A DNA stretch of 64,000 nucleotides, taken from a virus (taxonomy: Duplodnaviria > Caudoviricetes). The stretch is taken from positions 42,915 to 106,914 of IMG/VR virus record IMGVR_UViG_3300037454_000334; one strand, written 5' to 3'. The notes under the pieces are model-generated. The model did no database searches. It was not told the origin of the DNA and saw only the letters and a list, made by a program, of their open reading frames with translations. Positions 21,313 to 30,911 of the stretch are shown in pieces. Each line of letters opens with the position of its first letter. The first letter of the stretch is position 1. The position numbers were made by a program, and so were the translations under genes.

Positions 21313-22326
21313 TTATGAGTTGAACGGGTTGCCCGTGATATCGAGACGCACGGAGAAGGTGACGGTCAGCGCATCGTCCTTGGCTCGGTCTATGCCCGCG
21401 ACGGTATCTTCGGGGATGATGTGGCACTGTATCCACAGGCCGTCAATCTTGATCCACGCCGTCTCTGCCATCAGCGCCTCGTGGAGCCACCACTGCTGCC
21501 AGGCTCGGTCGAGCGGTTGGGTCGTGAACTTCCACGTCTCGCGGTCGTTCCTCTTGCGTGACACGCCACGCGATGAATAAAGGAAGGACTGCTGACGGGC
21601 GATGACGTACTCGTGGACGTCGTACTTCGTCTCCGAAGACGGCAGCGAGTGTACTATCGCCGACTCCAGACAGCCGTAGCGGTTGACAAAGCGGAACTCA
21701 TAGACGTCCGGCGTATCTGCAGGCAGACAGTAGACCGACGGGTTGGTGATGGTCGACGGCGTGGTGCCCGAGAGCGTGTACTGACGGATGGTGAAGGGCG
21801 GCTGTGTGCCCTCGGGACGCAGGTAGACCATCCCCGCAAGGGCGATCTCCGGCGTCGCACTGGGTTTGCACGTGCCACGGTACCTGATGTCCGACGGATT
21901 CGACACCATCCTCTCGCGGTCGCTGAGCGTGCCGGGATAGACCGTACCGCCGTCGTGGGTGGCGATGTGGGTGTTGTGCTCGTCGTAGGTCTCCCCGCCA
22001 ATCATATACTCATCCCAGGCACGAAGGGTGTAGGGGATGTACAGCGGGTTGAGCAGCGGCTCGGGCTCGTACTGATAGCCGTCGAGCACCGAGCGCAAGG
22101 CCGACGATATGTCGATGAGCGCCTCCTCGCCGCTCTCGACGGGCTGAGACATCGGGACGACAGTGCTTCTGAGCTCGCCAGACGACGAGGTACGCAGCGA
22201 GGCCGTCACTTCGAGCACGACGCGGTGGAACACGCAGATGCCGTTGGGGGCGTCGGCCTGCACCGAGTAGAGTATCGGGTTGCCGACGTGGTAGGAGCCT
22301 GAGTAGTATTTGATGATCTGTGCCAT
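21313..22326 (-). CDS. probable tail/baseplate protein
   Basis: 337 aa; FRFVNRYGCLES motif; tail operon context. Confidence 0.65.
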   Translation of the reverse strand: MAQIIKYYSGSYHVGNPILYSVQADAPNGICVFHRVVLEVTASLRTSSSGELRSTVVPMSQPVESGEEALIDISSALRSVLDGYQYEPEPLLNPLYIPYTLRAWDEYMIGGETYDEHNTHIATHDGGTVYPGTLSDRERMVSNPSDIRYRGTCKPSATPEIALAGMVYLRPEGTQPPFTIRQYTLSGTTPSTITNPSVYCLPADTPDVYEFRFVNRYGCLESAIVHSLPSSETKYDVHEYVIARQQSFLYSSRGVSRKRNDRETWKFTTQPLDRAWQQWWLHEALMAETAWIKIDGLWIQCHIIPEDTVAGIDRAKDDALTVTFSVRLDITGNPFNS

Positions 22327-22333
22327 ATTCTAT

Positions 22334-22386
22334 AGGGGTTAGGGGTGAGGGGTTAGGGGTTAGAGTGAGGGGTCAGGGGTTAGAGT
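22334..22386 (+). repeat. G-rich heptamer tandem repeat (AGGGGTN)n
   Basis: Six GGGG tracts between two tail genes. Confidence 0.85.
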
Positions 22387-25001
22387 GCGAAGAAGTCGAT
22401 GGTCACTTCGCCGACGCCCTCGGCCACGGTCAGGTCGTAGTTCATCTTGTCGATGTAACCAATCTTGTCGCCGATGTGGAAGCGCTGGTGCCAGTGGTTC
22501 GGGATGTCAGCCAGCTGCGACACCTCCATCAGACAGTGGATGCGGAACTTCTTGCGGTGGAGCAGGAAGTATATGAACTCCGAGAGGAACGTGTCGGCCA
22601 GACCGCGCATGCGGACACTGCGGTCGGCCACACAGAGCGGCTCGTCTGCCCAGTCGGGCTGCTTGTATGACCGTATCATCAGCGAGAAGCGCTCACCGCT
22701 GCCGATGCCCTCCTCCTCACCATTATAGTCGAAGGTGTTGCCGAACTGGTCCATCGTGTCCGATGCCATCGCGTAGTTGCCGGCGATGGTGCGCCAGCGG
22801 GCATTGCCGAAGAAGTCGTAGTTGAAGTCGTAGTGCTGTATCTGCGCGTCGCTGCCGCCGCCGCGCATGATGCCGATGGCCAGTCCCCAGTCGTAGCTCT
22901 GCAAGGGCGAGTTGCCGTCCTCGGTCTGCGTGGGGTCGTAACTTTCTATCAGCTGCAACACCTCGGTGACATACACCTCGACGGTCTCGGTATACAGCGG
23001 GTGGTTGATCTTCTGCGTGACGAACTCATGCTCCATATCCTCGTCGACGTAGGCGGCGAGCACGGGCTGTGTCGACCCGCGGTTGATCTCGGCATAGGCG
23101 TTGACATCATTCCACGACATCGGCTGGAAGTCGGACACCATCTCCTTGATGAAGTCCTCGTTCTCCTTCGAGCAGTCGCCCTCCTCGATGCCCTTGAACT
23201 GTCCCACCTGGAACAGGCGGTGCTCGGAAGCGTTGCCCGTGGTCGACTCCTTCGATATCTTCCATCGGTAGCTGTTGCCCGTCAGACGATCTATGTAGAC
23301 GGTCAGGTTCTCCGTGCGGCGGTCCTTCACGATGTTGATATAGCCCTCGCCGACCTGCGTGCGGCTCTCGGGATAGTCGATATAGTCGAAGTCTGTGTCG
23401 TAGTCACGCTTGCCGGTACGGACATTGCGGCTCTGCTCCGTGCCGTCACTCTCAGCCGAATACTTCACACGGACACCCGTTATCTTCTCCGACAGCTTGT
23501 TCATCGACAGCACCTGGCATGGCAGGTCAATCGCCTCGGCCTGCGAACGGAACACCGAGCGCAGCAGGTAGGCCGTCACCTTGCGGTGCTCATAGTCGTA
23601 GTGGAAGCGGATGCCGAACGAGTTCTCCAGCGACGAAATGATGGTCGAGACGGATGCATCGGGGAAGTTCTCGTTCGTAGCGTACATCGTCGACACCCTG
23701 GCCTTCATCGTGGCACTCTTGATCCAGCCGTTACACCATATCTTGGAGGCGTGTATCATCGCCGAGCCCTCGGGCACATCGTCGGTGGTGAACGTCCGTC
23801 CGGCAAAGGGGCCGGTCTTCACGGTGTATTCCTCGGGCGTACTCTCCTCGGGCGGCTCTATCTGCAACTGTCCGCCGCAGCCTCGGTCCTTCAGCCACTG
23901 GTTGATGGCCGCCACCGACTCCAGGTGGGCATCCTGCTCAGTCACCTCCGTCTCATATTTGCAATGAGTCGTAAAGAACGCGAGTCGTCGTAGATCTTCT
24001 ATCTCCATCAGCGCACTCTTGTCGAAGGTCAGACCCAGGTAATGGAACAGACAGTCCAGGAAATAAAGCACGTAGAAACAGATGCCAGACTGCGGACGAT
24101 GGGCGTCGAGCACCCAGTAGGGACCGTAGTCCTCGTTGTGCGAGTAGTCCTCGTCGGCACTCATAATCTCATCGGTCGTCTCGCCGATGGTACCCACCTT
24201 CGTGAACGGCAGGTCCTCCACGGGAATGTCGTCGCAGGCCTTCGACTCGTCGAGCCCGTGGTGGGTATAACAGACGCGGGCATTACAATACTGCCAGCCG
24301 CTGCCGTAGGGCTCCGACACGTTGATGTAGCTTTGTATCACCTTGGGGACGTTCACCGTGATGCCCTCGGGGTAGGCCTTCACGCCACCCGTCTGGTACG
24401 ATATCTTACCGTCCTTGTTGTAGCCCGCACCAGGCACGGCCTTGCCAGGATACGAGAAACCGAGGGCCTGCGGGTCGAAGGTCATTGTCGGCTCGATGTC
24501 GTACTCCTCATGCACTGGGAAAGGCAAGCCACCGGACGGGTTGGCACTGATGGTCGTGTCGATAGTCATCTTGATCTTCGACTCCACCTGCGTGATCTTC
24601 TCGCCGATGGGGATGCGCTCATTATTATATAAAGGAATGTCGCGGCACTCCAGGTCGCCTATCAGGTCACTCAGCGTCTGTGTGCTCTGGTCGATGTTGA
24701 AGGCGAACGAATCCACGAGCTCCTCGTCCTCCTGTATCGAGAGTACGCCACTGCGCAGCGGCATGCCCTCGGCACGTATCAGTGCGGGCAGGTGCTCCAG
24801 CGATATGGGTCGCAGGTCGCTCTGTGCGTCGTCGACGTTCTGGAAGATGTGGCGGTTGCCATCCATCGGTGCCGTTACCGGATCGGAATGCATGGCGATG
24901 GTGTCGTTGAAGAGCGGGTTGCTCTCCTCGATGCTCATCGAGAAGTCCCCTGGCAGCACCAACGGCTTCTTATTAATTTCAATATCAATATGACTGTTCA
25001 T
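22380..25001 (-). CDS. probable tail protein (873 aa)
   Basis: Long ORF; L.LP.DFS.SIEE.NPLF N-terminus recalled from Bacteroidales tail proteins. Confidence 0.7.
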   Translation of the reverse strand: MNSHIDIEINKKPLVLPGDFSMSIEESNPLFNDTIAMHSDPVTAPMDGNRHIFQNVDDAQSDLRPISLEHLPALIRAEGMPLRSGVLSIQEDEELVDSFAFNIDQSTQTLSDLIGDLECRDIPLYNNERIPIGEKITQVESKIKMTIDTTISANPSGGLPFPVHEEYDIEPTMTFDPQALGFSYPGKAVPGAGYNKDGKISYQTGGVKAYPEGITVNVPKVIQSYINVSEPYGSGWQYCNARVCYTHHGLDESKACDDIPVEDLPFTKVGTIGETTDEIMSADEDYSHNEDYGPYWVLDAHRPQSGICFYVLYFLDCLFHYLGLTFDKSALMEIEDLRRLAFFTTHCKYETEVTEQDAHLESVAAINQWLKDRGCGGQLQIEPPEESTPEEYTVKTGPFAGRTFTTDDVPEGSAMIHASKIWCNGWIKSATMKARVSTMYATNENFPDASVSTIISSLENSFGIRFHYDYEHRKVTAYLLRSVFRSQAEAIDLPCQVLSMNKLSEKITGVRVKYSAESDGTEQSRNVRTGKRDYDTDFDYIDYPESRTQVGEGYINIVKDRRTENLTVYIDRLTGNSYRWKISKESTTGNASEHRLFQVGQFKGIEEGDCSKENEDFIKEMVSDFQPMSWNDVNAYAEINRGSTQPVLAAYVDEDMEHEFVTQKINHPLYTETVEVYVTEVLQLIESYDPTQTEDGNSPLQSYDWGLAIGIMRGGGSDAQIQHYDFNYDFFGNARWRTIAGNYAMASDTMDQFGNTFDYNGEEEGIGSGERFSLMIRSYKQPDWADEPLCVADRSVRMRGLADTFLSEFIYFLLHRKKFRIHCLMEVSQLADIPNHWHQRFHIGDKIGYIDKMNYDLTVAEGVGEVTIDFFAL

Positions 25002-25023
25002 ACTTTGTCGTTTTATCTATCGA

Positions 25024-25057
25024 CAAAGTTAAATTCGGCTTAAACCAAAAGTGGGAC
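25024..25057 (-). promoter_or_regulatory. GTCCCA-N20-TAACTTTG promoter
   Basis: Motif copy upstream of the tail operon. Confidence 0.75.
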
Positions 25058-25065
25058 ATAGACAC

Positions 25066-25096
25066 AAAAATCCCCACCAACATTGGCGGGGATTCC
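25066..25096 (-). terminator. intrinsic terminator
   Basis: AATCCCC(G)CCAA/TTGG(T)GGGGATT hairpin followed by a T run on the minus strand. Confidence 0.6.
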
Positions 25097-25116
25097 TGTG
25101 TCCTGAAGCAGGGGAC

Positions 25117-25293
25117 TTACTCCTCCGGCTTCACCAGCATGTTACAAATCTCAATGATGGCGGCACCGGCGGCAACGATGGCCGAGTTGATGACCGTTGC
25201 GTTCTCGGGACTTGTGTAAGTCACGATGGCGACACCTGCCGTCTGCAGGGCGCCGACGATTCCTGATACCAGGGCAAACACTTTCTTGCTCAT
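25117..25293 (-). CDS. 58-aa two-TM membrane protein, holin candidate
   Basis: Manual translation MSKKVFALVSGIVGALQTAGVAIVTYTSPENATVINSAIVAAGAAIIEICNMLVKPEE. Confidence 0.55.
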   Translation of the reverse strand: MSKKVFALVSGIVGALQTAGVAIVTYTSPENATVINSAIVAAGAAIIEICNMLVKPEE

Positions 25294-25351
25294 AACCTTT
25301 TTGTATTAAACATTAAACATCGAATGCGCCTATACGCATTGCTTACAGATG

Positions 25352-25384
25352 CAAAGATAAGCCATAGAAATTCCATTTTGGGAC
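25352..25384 (-). promoter_or_regulatory. GTCCCA-N19-TATCTTTG promoter
   Basis: Motif copy upstream of the holin candidate. Confidence 0.65.
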
Positions 25385-25386
25385 TT

Positions 25387-25959
25387 TTAGAACGGCAGAT
25401 CATCTTGCTCCTGTTGCGGTGGGAACGGCTGGCCTTCCTGCGGGTTCCATCCTCGGGCTCCCTGCGCCGGTGCTGCATTGGCGGGTGCTGCGGTCTGACC
25501 ATTTCCGCTCTGCTTCTGATGGCAGTACATCGAACCGAGGCGACAGCGCACGGCATCGTACATGGCGTTCTTGAGGTCAGTGTTGTGCTCGGGGTTTTCA
25601 AGGTCTGCGCCAGTCCACTCGGGGTGCTCGGCAACCAGTCGCTTACGGGCGGCTTCGAGTGCCCGCTGACGGAACTCGGGTGAGAACGACACTTCCATCT
25701 GGTGACTTGGCGGCATGTAGCCCGTCATGTCGTCGCCACTCTGCTCTTTGCGTCGTATGCAGGCCTGACGGAAGCTGTCGTTGGTCTCGGACATATATAC
25801 ACGGGCATTGGCGTACTTACCGTCCTGCGACAGCTGAATATCGTTGAACGGGATGGGGATGCAGACCCAGGCCATCTGCGGGCGCTGCTGGTCGAGGTTG
25901 GTAAACACTTGGGCTCCCTTGAAGCCCATCAGATTCATTGTTCCACTGAAATTTGCCAT
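25387..25959 (-). CDS. possible single-stranded DNA-binding protein
   Basis: Flexible linker ending in the acidic tip DDLPF typical of SSB C-termini. Confidence 0.5.
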   Translation of the reverse strand: MANFSGTMNLMGFKGAQVFTNLDQQRPQMAWVCIPIPFNDIQLSQDGKYANARVYMSETNDSFRQACIRRKEQSGDDMTGYMPPSHQMEVSFSPEFRQRALEAARKRLVAEHPEWTGADLENPEHNTDLKNAMYDAVRCRLGSMYCHQKQSGNGQTAAPANAAPAQGARGWNPQEGQPFPPQQEQDDLPF

Positions 25960-26007
25960 TTTGATTAAGTTTTAATTGTTTATACTATTGTTTTATTATG
26001 ATTGTTG

Positions 26008-26343
26008 CTACCGCTTTCTGCGAGCCTGCCTCTGCACCAGACGCTTGGCCTTTTTCTTCTTGGCGTAGTCCTTTGGGAAGGTGTGTGGTGTGCCGTGACC
26101 TTTGCCAAAGCTGCCGTTAAAGGAAGTAGGCTGCTTCTCAAAAATGATTTCAGGCATCTTCAGCATTTCGTGGTTTCTGACGACGCTCCAATTAAGCGTT
26201 TCCTTTTCCTTGTCATCGACAGGAACAAGGACGCATTTTAACTCTTCCTCTAACCCGCGAATGAGGTTTGGAGACATCATTTCATAATGCGCTTTGAGAA
26301 CATACACCTTTGTCGGTTCATGAAGTTCTTCTGTTTTATCCAT
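26008..26343 (-). CDS. hypothetical protein
   Basis: 111-aa ORF in operon. Confidence 0.55.
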   Translation of the reverse strand: MDKTEELHEPTKVYVLKAHYEMMSPNLIRGLEEELKCVLVPVDDKEKETLNWSVVRNHEMLKMPEIIFEKQPTSFNGSFGKGHGTPHTFPKDYAKKKKAKRLVQRQARRKR

Positions 26344-26346
26344 TAC

Positions 26347-26547
26347 TTAGTCGCTGTTTTCGATTTCTTCCAATTGTTTGACGGCCCGGCGGATTCCTTT
26401 GCTCACTTCGTCCACCATTTCAAGTAGCGCCTTATAATCTTCAAGTTTCAGATTGCTGTACGGCTCGCCTTTTCGCTTGCACTCCCAATAAGGCAAATCG
26501 CACATGTCTGCCTTAATCGTAATTTCATAGTCTCGTTTGAATGCCAT
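26347..26547 (-). CDS. hypothetical protein
   Basis: 66-aa ORF in operon. Confidence 0.55.
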   Translation of the reverse strand: MAFKRDYEITIKADMCDLPYWECKRKGEPYSNLKLEDYKALLEMVDEVSKGIRRAVKQLEEIENSD

Positions 26548-26580
26548 ATCGCTATATAATTAAAATGTTTCTTGTCGTTT

Positions 26581-26710
26581 GAAAAAAGCGGGGCGCGGAA
26601 TGGCGCTACCCATCTCTCGGCATTTCCCTGAGTGTCAGCCGTCGCGTTCTCGCTGACGATGGTAAGGTGGGAAATGGTTGTCCGTTGCGGTCATACCGCA
26701 CGCCCCGCTA
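26581..26710 (-). ncRNA. candidate structured RNA/terminator element
   Basis: Closing stem AGCGGGGCG/CGCCCCGCT, three internal stems, U6 tail. Confidence 0.45.
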
Positions 26711-26713
26711 TGG

Positions 26714-27190
26714 TTACTTCTTTGGATCGACCAGCACCCAGTCGTCGCTGAGCATATCGGTCTGCGATGCCAGCCAGCCATTGACGATGGAGCCGTCGGC
26801 GGCTTTCATACAGATGTACTGGGTAAAGAATCGCTCGCCCGACTCGTTGGGATGGGCCTTAACCCACTCCTTGAAGTTGTAGGGCAGCGACTTCACGGTT
26901 TCGGTGATAAAGTCGTCCTTCAGCGAGTCGAATGGTCGCATGAAGAGGAACATGCCCTTGCCGTTCCATCCCTGACGAGCCACGAGGAAGCCGTGCTTCA
27001 GCGAACCGATAGCCTGGCCAAAGGTTCCAGTCTCGCCTTCCTGCAGCTGCTCCATCGACTGTGCGCCTGCCACGAAGCACGTCTCCATGTCGCCACGTGT
27101 AAACTTGCCGTCAAAGTCGGCGTTCTCACTCTTTTTCTGTGTCTCTACGGCCTGAATGTACTTCTCGGCCATTACGTCTGAATTTTGCAT
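26714..27190 (-). CDS. DUF2829 / Thoeris anti-defence Tad2-like protein
   Basis: TFGQAI..LK.G..VAR.GWNGKGMF and GWLASQTDMLSDDW motifs. Confidence 0.8.
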   Translation of the reverse strand: MQNSDVMAEKYIQAVETQKKSENADFDGKFTRGDMETCFVAGAQSMEQLQEGETGTFGQAIGSLKHGFLVARQGWNGKGMFLFMRPFDSLKDDFITETVKSLPYNFKEWVKAHPNESGERFFTQYICMKAADGSIVNGWLASQTDMLSDDWVLVDPKK

Positions 27191-27219
27191 GATTACGAAT
27201 GTTTTGAATGTTATTATTG

Positions 27220-27444
27220 TTATCTGTATATCAGTTTTCTTTTCTGTTTGAGTTGCTTGCCGCAGTAGGCGCAGTAGGTAATGGTATAAAGTTCCCTAAC
27301 GCCTGTGCGATATCGTTTCTTCGCTCGCCCTTTGTTTGTAGTGCGGTACTTATGCACGAACGAAAAATGTTCCTGCACTGGTTTATGAAAGCCGAGCTTG
27401 CATTTCAGATTATCTAATATACTATTTATTGTCGTCTGCGACAT
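27220..27444 (-). CDS. small basic hypothetical protein (CxxC)
   Basis: 74 aa; CKLGFH...CAYCG. Confidence 0.55.
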   Translation of the reverse strand: MSQTTINSILDNLKCKLGFHKPVQEHFSFVHKYRTTNKGRAKKRYRTGVRELYTITYCAYCGKQLKQKRKLIYR

Positions 27445-27530
27445 AGCTATTACTTTTTAATTGATACTTATGAATTTCCAAATTGATACTTATGAATTTT
27501 AAATTGATACTTATCGCCTTAAAAACGTTA

Positions 27531-27564
27531 CAAAACTAATTCCTTTAAATCATCCTTTTGGGAC
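27531..27564 (-). promoter_or_regulatory. GTCCCA-N20-TAGTTTTG promoter
   Basis: Motif copy overlapping the end of 27550-27780, upstream of the Tad2-like block. Confidence 0.55.
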
Positions 27565-27780
27565 ATTAATCACGTCTAAATCCTTTTCGCACCAGATACA
27601 TCTGTCATTCGTGTCGTCCATCAGCACAGTCGCGACATCACCGTGACTGCGGCTGAATGCCCGTTCAACCACTACTCCCGTCCTACCTATATGCAGGGGA
27701 ATCTTCAACGACCGGCATACCATGATGTCGTACTCCGACATCCTGGCCACCTTCACTCTATCGCCTATTTCCATAATCAT
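27550..27780 (-). CDS. hypothetical protein (SH3/KOW-like)
   Basis: IGDRVKV...IGRTGVV motif. Confidence 0.5.
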   Translation of the reverse strand: MIMEIGDRVKVARMSEYDIMVCRSLKIPLHIGRTGVVVERAFSRSHGDVATVLMDDTNDRCIWCEKDLDVINVPKG

Positions 27781-27983
27781 TTTGTTTTTAGTCTGAAAAT
27801 ATGTTGTTATACTTTATATTCATCCAGATATGCCTTGCACTTGAAGCCCTTGCGCGTCAAAGATTGACAGCTCGCACGTCAAAGAGCAGAACCTTGCGCG
27901 TCAAATTCGTGGCTTAAATAGTGCTAATATCGTACTTGCACTCAAAACCTTTGACGGGGCGTCACACTTCTTGCTCTTTCATA

Positions 27984-28322
27984 TTACTTCCCTCCATCGT
28001 CTATAAAGTCGTTACACTTGCCTTGCAGTCCGATCCTTACCTTGTCGCCAACCTTCCGTGCTCCGTGCTCGTCCAGTTCCACGTTGTCGCTGTCGCAGTC
28101 GAACATATACGGGCCTACCGTGTAGTCGTACCAAATATCGGTGCAGTGCTCGCAGAAGAAACAGCTACGTGGGTGAGCCATCACCGAGTAGTATTCGCAG
28201 GCATACTCTCTCGTCCGTTCCTCGGGCTTCATCACCTCGTCCAAACTATCAAGTATCTGCAATGATGCAAATCGTTCCTTGCTCATAGTGCAAACGTCGT
28301 ATGAAATTGTTTCTTGATCCAC
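27984..28322 (-). CDS. Cys-containing hypothetical protein
   Basis: CFFCEHC motif. Confidence 0.55.
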   Translation of the reverse strand: MDQETISYDVCTMSKERFASLQILDSLDEVMKPEERTREYACEYYSVMAHPRSCFFCEHCTDIWYDYTVGPYMFDCDSDNVELDEHGARKVGDKVRIGLQGKCNDFIDDGGK

Positions 28323-28573
28323 TCCCTCGGCATCGCGTCGATAACGATGGCCACAGTCTTAATGCCAGGCAGTACTTGAGTTATAGACTCATAGCCATGA
28401 TACCTTTCCCAATAAGGGTCTGGCTCAAACTCCATATCAAAACTGATGTTCTCGGGCTGCATCTGTTGACATAGGCGCAATTTCTTATCCGTCCTGAACA
28501 TTACCGGCGCATCGTCGGGCAGCATCTTGCACTGCTCGCTGTTCAATAGGTCTATTAAATCTTTCTTTGTCAT
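28283..28573 (-). CDS. hypothetical protein
   Basis: 96-aa ORF in operon. Confidence 0.55.
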   Translation of the reverse strand: MTKKDLIDLLNSEQCKMLPDDAPVMFRTDKKLRLCQQMQPENISFDMEFEPDPYWERYHGYESITQVLPGIKTVAIVIDAMPREWIKKQFHTTFAL

Positions 28574-28601
28574 AATCCGTTAAATCCGTTTAATCCGTTG
28601 T

Positions 28602-29081
28602 TCATACCTTCCTGACCTTGATTAGTTCGGGATTGTCGTAGCGGTTGCCGACAATGGTACAGTGCTGTTCTTCCTCGCAGAGACACCACAGCGGGAAGCC
28701 GCCGTAGATGCGCGGGTTGCACGGCTCGACGCTGGCGTAGAACATGCCGCTGCGGAATACGACCACGTACAGCTTCTGGTCTTTATCCCATCGCACGATG
28801 TCACCCTCGTAGATGTCGCGCCCCGTCTTGTCCTGCAAGCCGCTGAACTGCCCGATGGTCTCTTCCATCACCGCCACCGAGTAAGGCCATCCGTCGCGGG
28901 TCATCGCCACGATGCTGGGCTGGTCAACTATTTTGTGACCCTTGCGCCACTTGTCGGCACCAGGCACGTTGAGCATCCTCGTGTCGGGTGTGCCAAACAC
29001 AAAACCGTCCGTTGTCGGCACATCGTCCGACTCAAAGAAATAAGCCTTGTCGGGCTTCGCTCTGAATTTGATTTCTCTCAT
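28602..29081 (-). CDS. YopX family protein
   Basis: MREIKFRA...GQFSGLQDKTGRDIYEGDIV...VGNRYDNPEL. Confidence 0.9.
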   Translation of the reverse strand: MREIKFRAKPDKAYFFESDDVPTTDGFVFGTPDTRMLNVPGADKWRKGHKIVDQPSIVAMTRDGWPYSVAVMEETIGQFSGLQDKTGRDIYEGDIVRWDKDQKLYVVVFRSGMFYASVEPCNPRIYGGFPLWCLCEEEQHCTIVGNRYDNPELIKVRKV

Positions 29082-29086
29082 AATCG

Positions 29087-29380
29087 TTAGTCCTTTTCGT
29101 TATATGATTCCAGATTCGTCAGTCTGCGCTTCAAGTCCTCGACCTCGGAGGCATAGATGCCCGTGAGCGCTTCGATGAGTTTGTCCGTGTGCCCTGCCGG
29201 CACTTGGAAATACTGCACGCCGACCTGCTTCCCGTCACGCTTGCGGAGGTCGAAGGCGACGTGCGCTATCGGTGTCGCATTGGCCGTCCTGACCTCGTTC
29301 AGTCGGTCTATCTCCTTCATAAAGTAGATGATGGCCTCACGCAGATGCCTCGCCGTCGGGTATAATTCTGCTTTCGTCAT
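29087..29380 (-). CDS. hypothetical protein
   Basis: 97-aa ORF in operon. Confidence 0.6.
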   Translation of the reverse strand: MTKAELYPTARHLREAIIYFMKEIDRLNEVRTANATPIAHVAFDLRKRDGKQVGVQYFQVPAGHTDKLIEALTGIYASEVEDLKRRLTNLESYNEKD

Positions 29381-29392
29381 ATCGCCTTGCTT

Positions 29393-29947
29393 TTAGTCCC
29401 ACTCGCTCTGGTCGAAGTCTTTCAGAAAGCGGAAGTTATACTTGATAATGTTCTCGGCCAGCGTCCGAATGTTCTCTGGCTGCTGCGGACATGGGGCCTT
29501 ACTGATAGTGTGCTCCCGCATGTCGTGAACCAGCTTGCGACGGATGGTACCGTCCTCATTCACGCAGTCGATACGCCACGCCATCTTGCGCTGTCGGCTG
29601 GTGCAGTACCATTCGCCGGCACAGTCACCCTGCGGCGATAGGCGATGCAGCACCTCGTCCATTGTGTACGGTTCCTTGTCGAAATCGCGCTCTTCCTGCT
29701 TTGGCGGCTTTGGCATCGGGATGTGCGGCGGTATAATCACCGAACCCATATACTCCTGTGCCTTGTCAATCTTCCACTCGTCGATGCCGAGCGACTTCAT
29801 CGCCTCGCGCATCCTCCAAGTCAGATGTGCCGTCACGCGGCAATAGAGCCATTCGTGTCGGCTCAATCCCCATAGTGCGCCAAATCCTGCGCCAAGGGCA
29901 AACGCCAATATTATGCCAATAATCATCGGGATAGTGTAATCTGTCAT
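29393..29947 (-). CDS. hypothetical protein with N-terminal TM
   Basis: Hydrophobic N-terminus. Confidence 0.6.
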   Translation of the reverse strand: MTDYTIPMIIGIILAFALGAGFGALWGLSRHEWLYCRVTAHLTWRMREAMKSLGIDEWKIDKAQEYMGSVIIPPHIPMPKPPKQEERDFDKEPYTMDEVLHRLSPQGDCAGEWYCTSRQRKMAWRIDCVNEDGTIRRKLVHDMREHTISKAPCPQQPENIRTLAENIIKYNFRFLKDFDQSEWD

Positions 29948-29952
29948 ATCTC

Positions 29953-30891
29953 CTAATAGTTTAATTCGTTAAATTCGTTGTCCTTAAAATACTCGCGGCA
30001 CTTGAAGCCCTTGCGGGGTTCGTAGTCGAGAAAGTCCATCGTCTTGAACAGCCAGGCGCGGTTGGCCCAGCGGGCGATGTCGAGTTCATACTGCGAGGGC
30101 TGGCGCTGGTTCTGATAGTCGCGGTAAGGCTGCACGAATGGCAGTATGCCGAGGCGCTTCAATGTGCGCAGTCGGTGCAGATCCTGTTCGCGGGTGCTGT
30201 TGAATCCTACCAGCACGTAGCACGCTATCTTCGACGGTCGGATGTACTTGGTCATTGCCTGCAGCCGCTCTGTCAGGTCTATCTGCGGCAGGTCCCACGC
30301 GATATGGATGTAGCCCTTCATCCGAATGCTGTTCAGTGCCGCTGCCTGCTCTTCGTCCATAATGCGGATATCGACACCATGGAACTTCACGGGCAGCCGC
30401 TGTGCTTTGAGGTCTTCTATCGCCCACCGCCATTCGGGATTGGCGAAGAAGTTGTTGTCGAGCACCTCTATCCACTCGGCTCGCGGGTTCCACGCCATCG
30501 GCTCTACGGGGTGAATGGCACCCTCCTTGTCGTGAACCAGACAGAACGGACAGTGACGGATGCAGCCGCGCGAGTAGAACTGCACCGAGAAGGGATGCTG
30601 AGGATAAAGGTCGTAAGCCAGTCCGCAATAGCGGTCGACAGCCTCGGGCAGACGGCTTTTGATATCGTAGCCAGTACCCCCCCCTAAAAACTCGCTGGCG
30701 TGATATTCCAGACGGTTATAGTCTTGAGTAAACGTGAACACCTTCGAGGCATAGATGCGGTCGTAGCATCCGAACAGCGGCATGGCCCATTCAGCCGTGT
30801 CGCCCTGCTCGCGGTGCCACGATGCCAGTTTCATCAGCGCCACGTTCGGGAAGTTGTGCCCGTCAACGTCTATCAGTCCGATATTCATCAC
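29953..30891 (-). CDS. radical SAM protein (phage type)
   Basis: SRGCIRHCPFC = CxxxCxxC; FPNVALMK N-terminus; LDNNF. Confidence 0.88.
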   Translation of the reverse strand: MMNIGLIDVDGHNFPNVALMKLASWHREQGDTAEWAMPLFGCYDRIYASKVFTFTQDYNRLEYHASEFLGGGTGYDIKSRLPEAVDRYCGLAYDLYPQHPFSVQFYSRGCIRHCPFCLVHDKEGAIHPVEPMAWNPRAEWIEVLDNNFFANPEWRWAIEDLKAQRLPVKFHGVDIRIMDEEQAAALNSIRMKGYIHIAWDLPQIDLTERLQAMTKYIRPSKIACYVLVGFNSTREQDLHRLRTLKRLGILPFVQPYRDYQNQRQPSQYELDIARWANRAWLFKTMDFLDYEPRKGFKCREYFKDNEFNELNY

Positions 30892-30911
30892 TATTCACTA
30901 TTCACTAATCA

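Noticed and set aside
26581-26710. tRNA gene
   Set aside because: No T-loop (TTCRA), D-loop or anticodon arm pattern; kept only as a generic structured RNA candidate
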